Source: Octopus sinensis (taxonomy: Eukaryota). From it: DNA of 64,000 nt. The DNA lies in NCBI RefSeq assembly GCF_006345805.1, contig NC_043012.1, forward strand, positions 13,082,001 through 13,146,000. The letters are read 5' to 3'. The notes beneath the pieces were generated by a model. The model searched no databases and was not told the origin of the DNA. It worked only from the letters and a program-made list of their open reading frames with translations. The position numbers were made by a program, and so were the translations under genes. Positions 13,473 through 25,156 of the stretch are shown here, one piece after another. The first letter of the stretch is position 1; the number at the start of each line of letters is the position of its first letter.

Positions 13473-13480
<8 letters not shown>

Positions 13481-13504
<24 letters not shown>

Positions 13505-13731
13505 GCGTGTGTGTGTTTGTGTGTCTGTGTTTGTCCCCCTAGCTTTGCTTGACAACCGATGCTGGTGTGTTTAAGTCCCCGTTACTTAGCGGTTCGGCAA
13601 AAGGGATCGATAGAATAAGTACTGGGCTTACAAAAAGAATAAGTCCCGGGATCGAGTTGCTCGATTAAAGGCAGTGCTCCAGCATGGCCGCAGTCAAATG
13701 ACTGAAACAAGTAAAAGAGAAAGAGAAAGAG
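13481..13731 (+). mobile_element. SINE family 2, downstream piece
   Basis: (TA)n/(TG)n then GCTTGACAACCGATGCTGGTGTG...GCTCCAGCATGGCCGCAGTCAAATGACTGAAACAAGTAAAAGAG, matching 23540-23765. Confidence 0.92.
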
Positions 13732-13794
13732 ATATACTTCACGCATCATTTATATTATGCAACATATGACTACAGTATATTTCTATTGACATGT

Positions 13795-14168
13795 ACTCTA
13801 TTACTTGTTTCTGTCATTTGACTGCAGCCATGCTGGAGCATCGCCTTTAGTCGAGCAGATCGATCCCAGGATTTGAATCTATCTAAGCCTAGTACTTATT
13901 CTAAGTTACGGGACCGTAAACACACCAGCATCGGTTGTCAAGCGATGTTGGAGGGAAAAAAAAACAGACACATAAACACACACATATATATACATATACA
14001 TATATACGACGAGATTCTTTCAGTTTCCGTCTACCAAATCCACTCACAAGACTTTGGTCGACTCGAGGCTATAGTAGAAGACAATTGTAGAAAGTGCCAG
14101 CCAGTGGGAATGAACCCGGAACCACGTGGTTTGTAAGCAAGCTACTTACCACACAGCCACTCCTGTAC
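13795..14168 (-). mobile_element. SINE family 2, near full length
   Basis: Reverse complement of the 23355-23765 element, including the tRNA-like head GGAGTGGCTGTGTGGTAAG. Confidence 0.88.
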
Positions 14169-14614
14169 ACAAATGTTAAAGATATCTTAGATATGTGTAC
14201 AAATAGAGACAAATAGGTTATACAGTCTTATATATTTGACTACTCCCAATAAAACACAAACAAAAGAAACACTTCATGAAATCTGATCACGTTGAAGTGT
14301 TCATAGTTTTGCCGTGAAATCTTGCAATAATCATAAGAAACGATCATAATACAAGGAACTTGTCTCAGCGAAAGTATGCTGATTCATTCTTATAATTGTT
14401 GTTATGTTGAGTGAATCTGAATTTTAAATAACAATCAATTTCTTGTAAAAGTGTGCTTCATATAAGAATTGACAATATTTTATTAGAATAAGTCTGATTA
14501 CATATGTTCCTGAACATCTATATGCATTACTTGGTGTCTGTGTGTATGTACATACATATATGTATTTGTGTTTGTGCGTATGTGACTGTGTGAGCGTGGT
14601 GCATACGTGCGTGC

Positions 14615-14655
<41 letters not shown>

Positions 14656-15050
14656 CATATATATACATATATATATTCGTATCGACAAGTCACTCGCTTG
14701 GATGGAACCAGAGGAGCCAGACGTTCGCAGCAGGAAATTCTCCAGCTTATAGCCCAGTCTGCGCTTACATTTACACTTAAATTTCTTATATTACATTAAT
14801 AGCGATTACTTTAGACTCATCCCTCAAATACAAAGTATAAACACATGACAGTCAGCTGTCTACTAATGCAGACGTGCACGAATATGTGCTTATGAAGAAA
14901 TCTAAGACCCAGGTAAAATTGCGTATTAACATATCAATTGCTTATATATGATACCGAAATTGTTCTAAAAGTTCCGGTCTCCATTAAATCTAATCTGATA
15001 TTGCATCCAGGTACGATAACAGTATCAGTCAGTCTTTGTCAAATATATAT

Positions 15051-15105
<55 letters not shown>

Positions 15106-15527
15106 ATATATATATATATATAAATATATACATACACACACGCACACACACATATATGTATATATATATATATACATATACATATACACACGCACACATA
15201 TAGATATATATATTCATATAAAATACACTGTACACTTAAACATATTAAGTGGTTTCCATGATAGGAATCCTTTACACTAGAAATAACAGCTAAAGTCCAA
15301 AATACTAATTAGGGATAAATTCTCGCAAGAGATGAAAATTAAAAACATTTACCATCTTTTTCCTGGACCATGGTTTCTGACTTATTCTAGTAAATGAAAT
15401 AAATCCGAAACCATGATCCAAATGTATTTTATATGAATAATATATAATCTATTGACTATTTTTTCTATACGCTAGAGCACTGGTAGTAAAAAATTCTAAA
15501 AACCTCATAACCTGATATTATTAATTA

Positions 15528-15607
<80 letters not shown>

Positions 15608-15610
<3 letters not shown>

Positions 15611-15959
15611 AGATGTACTCGCATAGCAAGTAATTTGATCTGAGATCGTGTGCTGAAACGAAAACAATTGCAGCGTGGAAGGTGTTTATAAGCCATTTAA
15701 GAAACACACAAAAGCCGTTCGATTCACTGCAACATTTAAGTTTAATTTGTCAAAATATTTTCGTCGCTAAAATCCGCGACCTGTTCACTGACAAAGTCCG
15801 TGCTGCATCTCAGATGCAGCACGGACTTTGTCAGTGAACAGGTCGCGGATTTTAGCGACGAAAATATTTTGACAAATTAAACTTAATGTTGCAGTGAATC
15901 GAACGGCTTTTGTGTGTTTCTTAAATGGCTTATAAACACCTTCCACGATGCAATTGTTT
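15608..15959. mobile_element. Head-to-head foldback element between (TA)n tracts (pLTR-like), about 148-bp arms
   Basis: 15662-15810 is the reverse complement of 15812-15959 with one mismatch and one 1-nt indel. The minus-strand copy continues to ...CATCTCCC then TATA at 15608. Confidence 0.88.
15827..15876 (+). ncRNA. Minimal hammerhead-like motif with G3:C8 core variant (mirror copy on minus strand at 15746-15795)
   Basis: Stem I TTTGTCA/TGACAAA, core GTGAACA, one extra G, stem II GTCGC/GCGAC, GAAA, palindromic AATATT stem III, H17=U. Confidence 0.62.
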
Positions 15960-16025
15960 ATATATATATATAATATATATAATTAGTTTATTGGCTAAAC
16001 TGGCAAAGTGACCATTCCGAAATAT

Positions 16026-16062
<37 letters not shown>

Positions 16063-16064
16063 GT

Positions 16065-16098
<34 letters not shown>

Positions 16099-16124
16099 CC
16101 TATATATATATATATATACATATG

Positions 16125-16155
<31 letters not shown>

Positions 16156-16196
16156 CATATATATATATATATATATATACATACATATATATATTA

Positions 16197-16230
<34 letters not shown>

Positions 16231-16301
16231 ATATATATATAATACATATATATATATATATATAATATATATATATAATATATATATACATATATATATA
16301 T

Positions 16302-16336
<35 letters not shown>

Positions 16337-16342
16337 TATACA

Positions 16343-16374
<32 letters not shown>

Positions 16375-16450
16375 ATATATATATATATTACATACATATA
16401 TATAATATATATATATATATACAAATATATATATATATTATATATATACA

Positions 16451-16484
<34 letters not shown>

Positions 16485-16621
16485 GATATATATATACAAT
16501 ATATATATATATATATTATATATATATATGTATGTATATGTATATATATATATATCTATATATATAATATATTATATATATATGTATATATATATATATG
16601 TATATATATATGTATATATAT

Positions 16622-16658
<37 letters not shown>

Positions 16659-16676
16659 GTATATATAATATATATG

Positions 16677-16709
<33 letters not shown>

Positions 16710-16734
16710 TATATGTATATTATATATATATATG

Positions 16735-16768
<34 letters not shown>

Positions 16769-17000
16769 TATGATATATATATATATATGTATATTATATA
16801 TATATATATGTATATATATATATGTATATATATATATATAATATATATATATATGTATATATATATGTATATATATATATTATATATACATATATATATT
16901 ATATATATATGTGTATATATATATGTATATATATTATATATACATATATATATATATGTATCTATATATGTATGTATGTTTGTATGTATGTATGTATGGT
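15960..17000. repeat. About 1 kb complex (TA)n satellite with CA/TG interruptions
   Basis: Direct. Source of the many IY-repeat ORFs. Confidence 0.95.
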
Positions 17001-17049
17001 GAGAATTTACAAAAAGAGCAAAAGACGAAGACGGATGTGTAAACAACAA

Positions 17050-18033
17050 ACATTATGATGGTAGGGGATATCGACTCCTTACTTGTTTTTCTAAAATGCA
17101 CCATAAATGTTCAATATATTTTGAGATCTGAGGACTGTGGTGGCCAGAGAAGATGCTCAACTTCGCTAGAATGTTCTTTAGGTCATTCAGTAACAACTTT
17201 AATTATGTGAATTGGTGCATTATCTTCTTGAATGATTGCATTTCCCCCGGAAATAGTTCTGCAACCATAGGATGAATTTAGTCAGATAACATGCTTAAAA
17301 GACTATTAATTCTGCCTTGTAGGGAAACCACTGGACCAGCGGATTTCCCCAGACCACCACATATCATCATACATGTTTAAGATTTTGAAGAAGGCAGTCT
17401 GGGTTAAATGCTTCTTTTGGCTGTCTCCACAAGTATACTCAGCCGGTGGTTGGAAATAAGGTAAATGATGACTCGTTCGAGAAAACAGCATTCTTCCACT
17501 CCTCTAGGCACCTATTCTGTAGGTGCTTACTCCATTCTAAACGCTTTGCAACGTTTGTTTTTCAGAGTAGTGGTTTTCTGATTGCATCTCTCCTGTGAAA
17601 TCCGTTTTTGTGGTGCTCCCGGCGAACAGATTTTATGGAAACTGGGTTCTCGGGGTGGTCATTAAGTTCTGCAATAATGTTGGGGGCTGCACTTTTGTGA
17701 TCCTTTCTAATCATTCGCGTAAGAGTCCGTCGGTCCCTGTATGAAAGTTTTTACTTTTTACCGGAGTTTTATTTCGACGAGGAGGTTTTTCACGCTTTCT
17801 CAAAGGCTGTCTTTACTTTCGAGAGTGTACTTCTTGTTAACACCAAACATTTCGGCTGTTTTCGGTACGCTAGCGCCTTCCATACGAGCACCGGCAATTT
17901 GACATTTTTGAAAGTCGGATAGATCTGTGAATTTAATGAATTTTAATTACCTTTTATCTGATGATATCTGAAAAGAACAGCCAATTTAGCAAAACATTTT
18001 TTAAGGTGTTTCCATTATTTTGTCCAACCCCTG
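17050..18033 (-). mobile_element. Degenerate Tc1 transposon, 3' truncated
   Basis: TA then TIR-like CAGGGGTTGGACAAAATAATGGAAACA at 18033. Transposase relic DLSDFQKCQIAGARMEGASV...IHPMVAELF...EDNAPIH...EHLLWPPQSSDL. Confidence 0.9.
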
Positions 18034-18083
18034 TATATATACGTACGTATGCATGTGTGTATGTGTGTGTGTGTGTGTGGTAT

Positions 18084-18144
<61 letters not shown>

Positions 18145-18145
<1 letters not shown>

Positions 18146-18539
18146 TAGCAGTATCGCCCGGCGTTGCTCGGGTTTGTAAGGGAAATAACTATATAAGCAT
18201 TTTTAGAGATGTAAAGTATAATACCCATCTCAATATGGCTAACCACAAAGGGGGGTGGTTACTGTAGCTTTTTACGTTCTGAGATTTAATAATACATTTT
18301 TAGAGAGTAACTTCCCTTATATAAACCGAGTGAAAATGCATTAAAAATGTGAAAAATTGATGGTAATTTTTTTTTAATCGTAGACTCATCGTAGACGAGC
18401 GCTAATTCCTAGAAGGGCTCGATATGAATCACGACTATAAGATACCCGGTTTTGGTTAAATTGCATCGCAAAATGTGGGAGTAGTTAGGAATCTAAATCG
18501 TAGGAGACAGACACACAACTTCACTTTTATATATAAAGA
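18145..18539 (-). mobile_element. Non-autonomous Helitron
   Basis: Minus strand starts TC (after A) at 18539 and ends with hairpin CCCG-agcaacgc-CGGG then CTAA (CTRR) at 18145, followed by T. Confidence 0.78.
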
Positions 18540-18590
18540 TATATATATATATATGAAGAGTGTGCCCGTGGGAGAGAGAGAGGGATCCTG

Positions 18591-18632
<42 letters not shown>

Positions 18633-20208
18633 AGAGCATGTGTGTGTGCTTGTCTGTCGTACGAGTGTACTGTTGTGATGGTTAAAACGTCGTTATTTCT
18701 ATTTGTTGTTTAAATACGTGCCACCCGCCACAAGCAACTCTCAAGTAATTATCTCATCTCATACAATCACAGCTTCGTTTGTGCTTAGATGCTATTAATC
18801 AAAAACCCAGACTTTTTCATAATCCCTTTATTGTTTATCAGTTAATATAACGTGTTTCGCGGTGATTATAAAAAAACTTCATTGAAACAACCTACACACA
18901 GCTGATAATACTCTTTCAAATATATCATGGCTGTATAGATTTTGTTTTCAATCAATTACTCTTTTATTAGCTACTAACGATTTGCCTGTAAATGCTCACC
19001 ATTTCGATATCGCAAATTCGACCTGCATTGTGTTTGATGAGGCTAAAGAAGGCCACAACTTATAGTGTGAGCCGTTTCTACAAATGATAGATACCCTGTA
19101 TCTCCCAGATGATTATTACTGTTGATGTAGTCAGAGGCGAGTTAGCACAGTTCTCGTTCCGTAGATCTTTTAAATACATTATATCACGGATGCGTTTTTG
19201 CATACATTTTGATTCTTCGGTTCCACCCAAAAGAAAACTCTCACAGTCTTGTTGGTAGTGACTTTCTTGCTGCTATGTACCACTCACAGATTCAGAGGCT
19301 TACGTAGCTCTTATTCTGTATGAGTGGTTTTATTTCTCTTTTAGTCGCAGTTTATATCAAAGGGCAATTTATTTTACTTTTAGTATCTTTTGCCGACAGT
19401 TCCACTAGACCTTAGATAATGTATCATAATGTCGTTCATAGCGCTTAGTGATCTTATTATTCACTTAGCACTGAATAATACGGCTAACTAACCAATAACG
19501 TTTGCGTGCCAATCGAAATTTGTTTGCAGAGAAGTCATCAATTTCGGTCGTTTTTCACGTTCTGATCGATCTCTTTTACTTATATCCGGTAATCGGTGTA
19601 CGGTATAATACATCAAGTTAGAATTTTCGATCTCTCCTAGATATTCTTTTGCTATTGTGTGTACTGCCAATGAAATCAGCTCGGTGGATTGTCTATCGAT
19701 TAGTACGATAATTGTGATCTCAAATAGCTTTTAATGCAAATGTTCACATTTTATTTCACTTTCTTTGTTAAAGGTGCTTCTAGTTAAAGGTGTTTTTATA
19801 ATCTTCTGTCAGTGTTACCAATCAGTTACCGCCTCTTTGTTTAGTTTTGGCATGTCCGTTTCCAATTTATTGTTATCGCATCGTGCATTGTATGTGTTTC
19901 GTTAACAGTTTTCAAAGTAGGAGATTTCAATGGCCTGACTTCTATAAGATGTCCAATTTTGATCATGTGTACTGATAAGCGTAATTTCTTTATTCTATAC
20001 CAGTAATTTCTTTCTTCTCTCCAAAGCATGTTTGTTGACGTAGAGGTTTGGCCCTGAACTGCAAATACCTGCGATAATATAGACTGCAACCATGCACCAT
20101 ACTTTTCATATAACCAATCTCGCAAATCATCTCCAGTGTTTTATATATAATTCACAGATATTCTGGCTCAATTGCAAGCACTATTGAAATTTCAATTGAT
20201 GGTTACAA

Positions 20209-21112
20209 TAAACGATGAGAACTGTAACGAGGGATAAATTAGAACTGGATATTCTTTGCTGCAATAGAATACCTTGTCCTATACATTTCCAGGTGTAATA
20301 ACTTGTCCTGTACTTTTCCAGGTTTATAATCTTAAGAATATTAATTTTCATTTCCTCGTGCTCAGTTGATTTTTCACTACCCGATTACACTACAAACGGC
20401 CATATTAAGTGATTTCTTAGTATCTATCTGAATACGATAATCAATATTTGCAAGGCTTGTTCTCGTGGCGAAATATCTAAAGATTAATGATCATTATATG
20501 GGAGACGAATTGAACACATAGTGTCGCCATATTTTGCGCATATACCTGTGTGTATGATTAATACGTATATATTCAAGCATATAATTATGAAGTATAACTA
20601 TAAATAAGGGCGCTGGAATTTCATTGCATATGCGCTAAAATTAAAATTCAAATATCTACAAACCACTCTAAAAATAGTTCTCTGTTTATAACCACAGGTC
20701 GGATGCGAGGTAATGGGCCATAAGATTTTAAAATTTCGATAAATGCTAAATCTTAAGATTCCATGCTCTGCGATAGAAATCGCTTTGCAATCTTCATTAC
20801 AGATACACCGATAAACATATAAACAAGATACACATATGCATACCGATAAATAAGTTCATAGGCACCAACATATACATGCATTTCCCACACATGTATTTAC
20901 TCCCTCAAATACAAAAAAAAGTGTCTAATTAGACAAACTTACAAATTAGGTGAACAGTTTTGTACGATAAATTTAAACGATGAGAACTGTAACGAGAGAT
21001 AAATTAGAACTGACATTCTTTGCTGCAATAGAAGTAATACATTGTCCTATACATTTCCAGGCGTAATAACCCGTCCTGTACTTTTCCAGGTTTATAATCT
21101 TAAGAATATTAT
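20209..21112 (+). repeat. Dispersed ~140-bp direct duplication (20209-20345 and 20974-21112)
   Basis: Shared TAAACGATGAGAACTGTAACGAG...TTTCCAGGTTTATAATCTTAAGAATATT, offset 765 bp. Confidence 0.85.
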
Positions 21113-21961
21113 TTTATTTTCATGCTCGCATTTTTCCATGAAACCCATCATTTTTTCCAGGCATCGTTGTTATAACATAATTAATAATGTGTCGATTAAT
21201 AATTTAAGATTTTAACTTATGAAATACTGAAAGATAATATTTCAATTTTTCCATGTAAGTGATGATAATTCAATTGCTTTCATGTTTAATTTAAATATAT
21301 GTTGTAATTAAATTATCTGATATTACCCAGTCACACCAAATTAATGGCAAGGAATTTTACCCTCCTGTTGCTTGTACCATGGCTCACCAAAAGTTACAAA
21401 GAATAAAACCCCAAAAGCATCAGTTACCAGGCTCACCTTAAGTAACCTAGGTTTTTTTGAGTTGATAATAGCACTGACTGCTGCTCCAGATGTGTCAATA
21501 ATTATTCAATACAACAGTAATTATACAAGCATATCAAATATACACAAGTTAAAATTACCTACGTCCCATTAATATATATTTGATTTATGAAAAATCCCTT
21601 TTAATTAATTTTGAAACTGAAAAAGTGAACTTAGAATATAAGCACTTTTAACCTTTTCTGGACAGCCTTACTAAATGCCTTCAGGTCTGCCCATAGAGAG
21701 AGACAGCAAAAAAGGAATATGTTCCTGCCCCAATAAATGTATGTGCACATATTGGAACCATAAAGCTCATTAATGAACTAGCCTGATTAAATAATTAACT
21801 AAAAAGAAAAGGAAAGCAACTAGCAAAAGAAGAAAGCATGTTAGTTTAAGCTGAACGAGAAAATTAATAATAGATGTTGAAGTTACCGAAATTTAGCAGC
21901 ATAGAAAAAATAATTTTATTAAATACTTAATTAAAATAATAAAATATACGAAAGGCAAATT

Positions 21962-22056
21962 TAACCTCAGTGGAATGTGAACTCAGAACGAGAAGACAGA
22001 CGAAATACGGGTAAACATTTCGCCCGGCGAGCTAACGTTTCTGCCAACTCACCGCG
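21962..22056 (-). mobile_element. SINE family 1 head fragment
   Basis: GAACTCAGAACG...TTTCGCCCGGCGAGCTAACGTTTCTGCCAACTCACCGC is the reverse complement of the head. Confidence 0.8.
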
Positions 22057-22307
22057 TCAAAAAGCACTCATTTTAGCAATATATTCTTATCTTAACATTA
22101 TTGCGGCGTTATTTCTTATTTTTTTCACTAACATTTCTCCTCATAATGTTTTTCTACTGAACCAAATCTCAAACTATTTATACCAAATTGTAGCTGAGGA
22201 AGTGTCAATAGTGTGCAATTTAGTTTAGAACTGAATTAGTGAGGAAGCTTGGAATCTGCTGCGATTGGCGAAATGGTGGAGTATATTCAACCACTTCCGA
22301 GGTTGAA

Positions 22308-22340
<33 letters not shown>

Positions 22341-22619
22341 AGTAATACAATAATACAACATCGTCTGCTCACGCGCAAGAAGCGCTGCAGATTTTGTTCC
22401 TTTTGTGATGCCATGTTGGGTACAGGCAAGAGACTCAAACACGGTGAAGGATTCAGTTGCCTTCTGAAGCCTTGAAGATATTTCATTACCTAATGAACAA
22501 TACCAACCGACTGTTCCGTTCGGGCGTACAAAGTTGTCTGCCAGGTCGTGAGGGTGGATTTGTTCATTATACGTACGACATTACACACAAACACACACAC
22601 CCACACCCACACACCCACG

Positions 22620-22699
<80 letters not shown>

Positions 22700-22709
22700 A
22701 TTATTATAT

Positions 22710-22835
22710 GTAGAAAAATACAAACTGTGACAAGAACGCAAAACACTTTGAAGACGATACAAAAAACACGGACGGGACATTCGAAGCCCTCAATCTTCAG
22801 TCAAGAACCGGATCATCGTAGCAATTTCGACTGAT
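22710..22835 (-). mobile_element. Fragment of a TA-flanked short repeat (family B), homologous to 36270-36410
   Basis: Shared CAAGAACGCAAAA...CGAAGCC...AATCTTCAGTC..AACCGGATCATC.TAGCAATTTCG. Confidence 0.75.
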
Positions 22836-22957
<122 letters not shown>

Positions 22958-22975
22958 TGTGTGTGTGTGTGTGTG

Positions 22976-23115
22976 TATACATTTACGTCACGCTTCTTTT
23001 ATCCTTCGTCTACCAAATTCACTCACAAGGTTTTGGTCGGCCTGAGGCTGCAGCAGAAAACGCCTGCTGATGGCACTGAACCTGGCAGCATGTGGTTGGT
23101 AGGCAAGTTTGTTTA
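22976..23115 (-). mobile_element. SINE family 2 fragment
   Basis: CGTCTACCAAATTCACTCACAAGGTTTTGGTCGGCC matches the reverse complement of the family-2 body. Confidence 0.78.
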
Positions 23116-23354
23116 TACGTAAACGCAAACACACGCACACACAAACAAACACAAAGACACACACATATATATATATATTTATATAGAGAGAGAGGGGGTG
23201 AAAGAGACACATAGACACAGAGAGAGAGAGTGAGAGAGAGAGAGAGAAACAAGGAACGCTAAGCGGTTCCGTAACTATTATAGATATATTGGTGGTGCAT
23301 ACTTTTAACATAGTTCACCTGGAACTAAATCATAATCTTGAAGTATCCAATATA

Positions 23355-23765
23355 GGCGCAGGAGTGGCTGTGTGGTAAGTAGCTTACTAACCAACCACAT
23401 GGTTCCGGGTTCAGTCCCACTGCGTGGAATCTTGGGCAAGTGTCTTCTGCTATAGCCCCGGGCCGACCAATGCCTTGTGAGTGGATTTGGTAGACGGAAA
23501 CTGAAAGAAGCCTGTCGTATATATGTATATATATATATATGTGTGTGTTTGTGTGTCTGTGTTTGTCCCCCTAGCATCGCTTGACAACCGATGCTGGTGT
23601 GTTTACGTCCCCGTCACTTAGCGGTTCGGCAAAAAAGAGACCGATAGAATAAGTACTGGGCTTACAAAGAATAAGTCCCGGGGTCGAGTTGCTCGATTAA
23701 AGGCGGTGCTCCAGCATGGCCGCAGTCAAATGACTGAAACAAGTAAAAGAGAAAAGAGAAAGAGA
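23355..23765 (+). mobile_element. Full-length tRNA-headed SINE family 2 with CORE-like segment and internal (TA)/(TG) microsatellite
   Basis: A-box-like TGGCTGTGTGG, B-box-like GGGTTCAGTCC, CORE-like CTTGGGCAAGTGTCTT, tail ending GTAAAAGAGAAAAGAG. Confidence 0.92.
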
Positions 23766-24246
23766 ATACAAACTATCAAGTATTTTATTGGAAACAATAA
23801 ATGCAGATCCATTATTTAATATTCACCCTCTCCCCCCTGATGGTTTGTGTTGTTCAATATCATAATATTAAAGACTTCAACATGGAGGCGTTTTAGTATG
23901 AAATATCTTTATACGTGTTATAATACATCGGATTTCAATATACCTGCATTGTCGCAGCTCTTTGTGATGCAACAAACTCAAGCATATAGAAAGCATTGAC
24001 CCCTAAAGATTTATTGAAACTACTGCTGCGTTAAATACAGCATGACACTCAACAAGCACAGAAAGTATCCTTAATAAGTGAAAAGGGTAGATTAATATTC
24101 ATTTAACCGTCGTAAAACGTAAATCAACAGCAACATAAGCGGGTGGGTTATGCAGAAATTGAAGACACATACGTAGAATACAAACAAATGACCGCATACT
24201 CATGCACACACACACAAGTGCATGTTGATTATATATGTATATATAT

Positions 24247-24280
<34 letters not shown>

Positions 24281-24779
24281 CATTCGAAACAACAAATGCC
24301 TATAACTCCTCGTGCGATATGGTCAAAATATCAACCGCAGTAAATACACTGACAAATTAATATAAGTTTATATAAATAAGGATAAGATCGTTAATTTCAT
24401 TATCGATCTTATCAAGTGGCCAGCAAATGGAATAAAAACCTTCAAAGGTAATAATTATTAAAATTGTAATTTAGGGTATCTAAGAGATAGCCCCATGTTG
24501 GGAATAGCAGCCAAAACTTGACTATGAGAGAGAGAGAGAGAAACTTGACTATGAGAGAGAGAGAGAGAGAGGTAGATATATAGTGTTTGGGTTAAAATAA
24601 ACGGATTACATAAGGGGAAAAAAACAACATGATGTCTCATCCAATGAATAAATGTATTAAAAAAAATTGAATACCGTGAAGTAGATTTTTACTCGGTGAT
24701 AACAGTTTACTTAACTCAGCTTCCACTCAGACTAGCTTCCACCATGGTTTCAAGATAGCTCCGATAAAAGCATGTGCCG

Positions 24780-24975
24780 CCCGGAGGATTTCCGAATACC
24801 TTCCTGACCTTGGAATCGGTTTTCTCTCCTCATACATTTCTACAGAAGATCGTAGTCTCGTGCGTGCGAAATGCAAACTTAAGAAGGAGGAAGTTGCCGA
24901 AGCTACAAAATAATTTTCATCTCCGTGTGGAGGCAGTAATTTCCCAAAAGGGTGACCGAAATGAATGATAACCGT
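24780..24975 (+). mobile_element. C-terminal fragment of a Tc1/mariner-superfamily (maT-like) transposase
   Basis: Ends FHLRVEAVISQKGDRNE, resembling the RxEAVIxxxG terminus of these transposases. Confidence 0.5.
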
Positions 24976-25107
24976 TTTCGCTGCAATAAATGTTACATTA
25001 AAATTATATATATTACCATTATTTTAGTATTTATAACCAATTTTATGCATAGTAAAAATTGTCTCAATTTATCTACAACGCCACGTTTGTATTTATTTAT
25101 TGCCTTC

Positions 25108-25156
<49 letters not shown>

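Larger units (their letters stand above)
11293..13480 (+). mobile_element. Tandem array of a ~474-bp hammerhead-bearing monomer (4.4 copies) with a 92-bp inverted 5' arm; retrozyme or non-autonomous Penelope-pLTR-like
   Basis: Units start at 11387, 11861, 12335, 12810 and 13282 (partial to 13480). 11293-11384 is the perfect reverse complement of 11387-11478. Flanked by (TA)n inside a SINE. No ORF of 60 aa or more. Confidence 0.9.

Noticed and set aside
11387-13480. CRISPR-like or coding tandem array
   Set aside because: Units are identical 474-bp repeats with no unique spacers and no ORF, in eukaryotic context.
14424-17058. Many 60-130 aa ORFs rich in IY, YI, CV or TH (also near 22800, 26400, 53000, 54200, 57700 and 60500)
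   Set aside because: Translations of (TA)n, (TG)n and (CA)n microsatellites, not genes.
18900-20125. Several 60-94 aa minus-strand frames as a DNA-transposon relic
   Set aside because: No diagnostic transposase motif recognised.
22235-22285. GTGAGGA-A-GC...AATC/GATT...GGC-GAAA
   Set aside because: G3 with G8 cannot pair, and stems I and III are absent.
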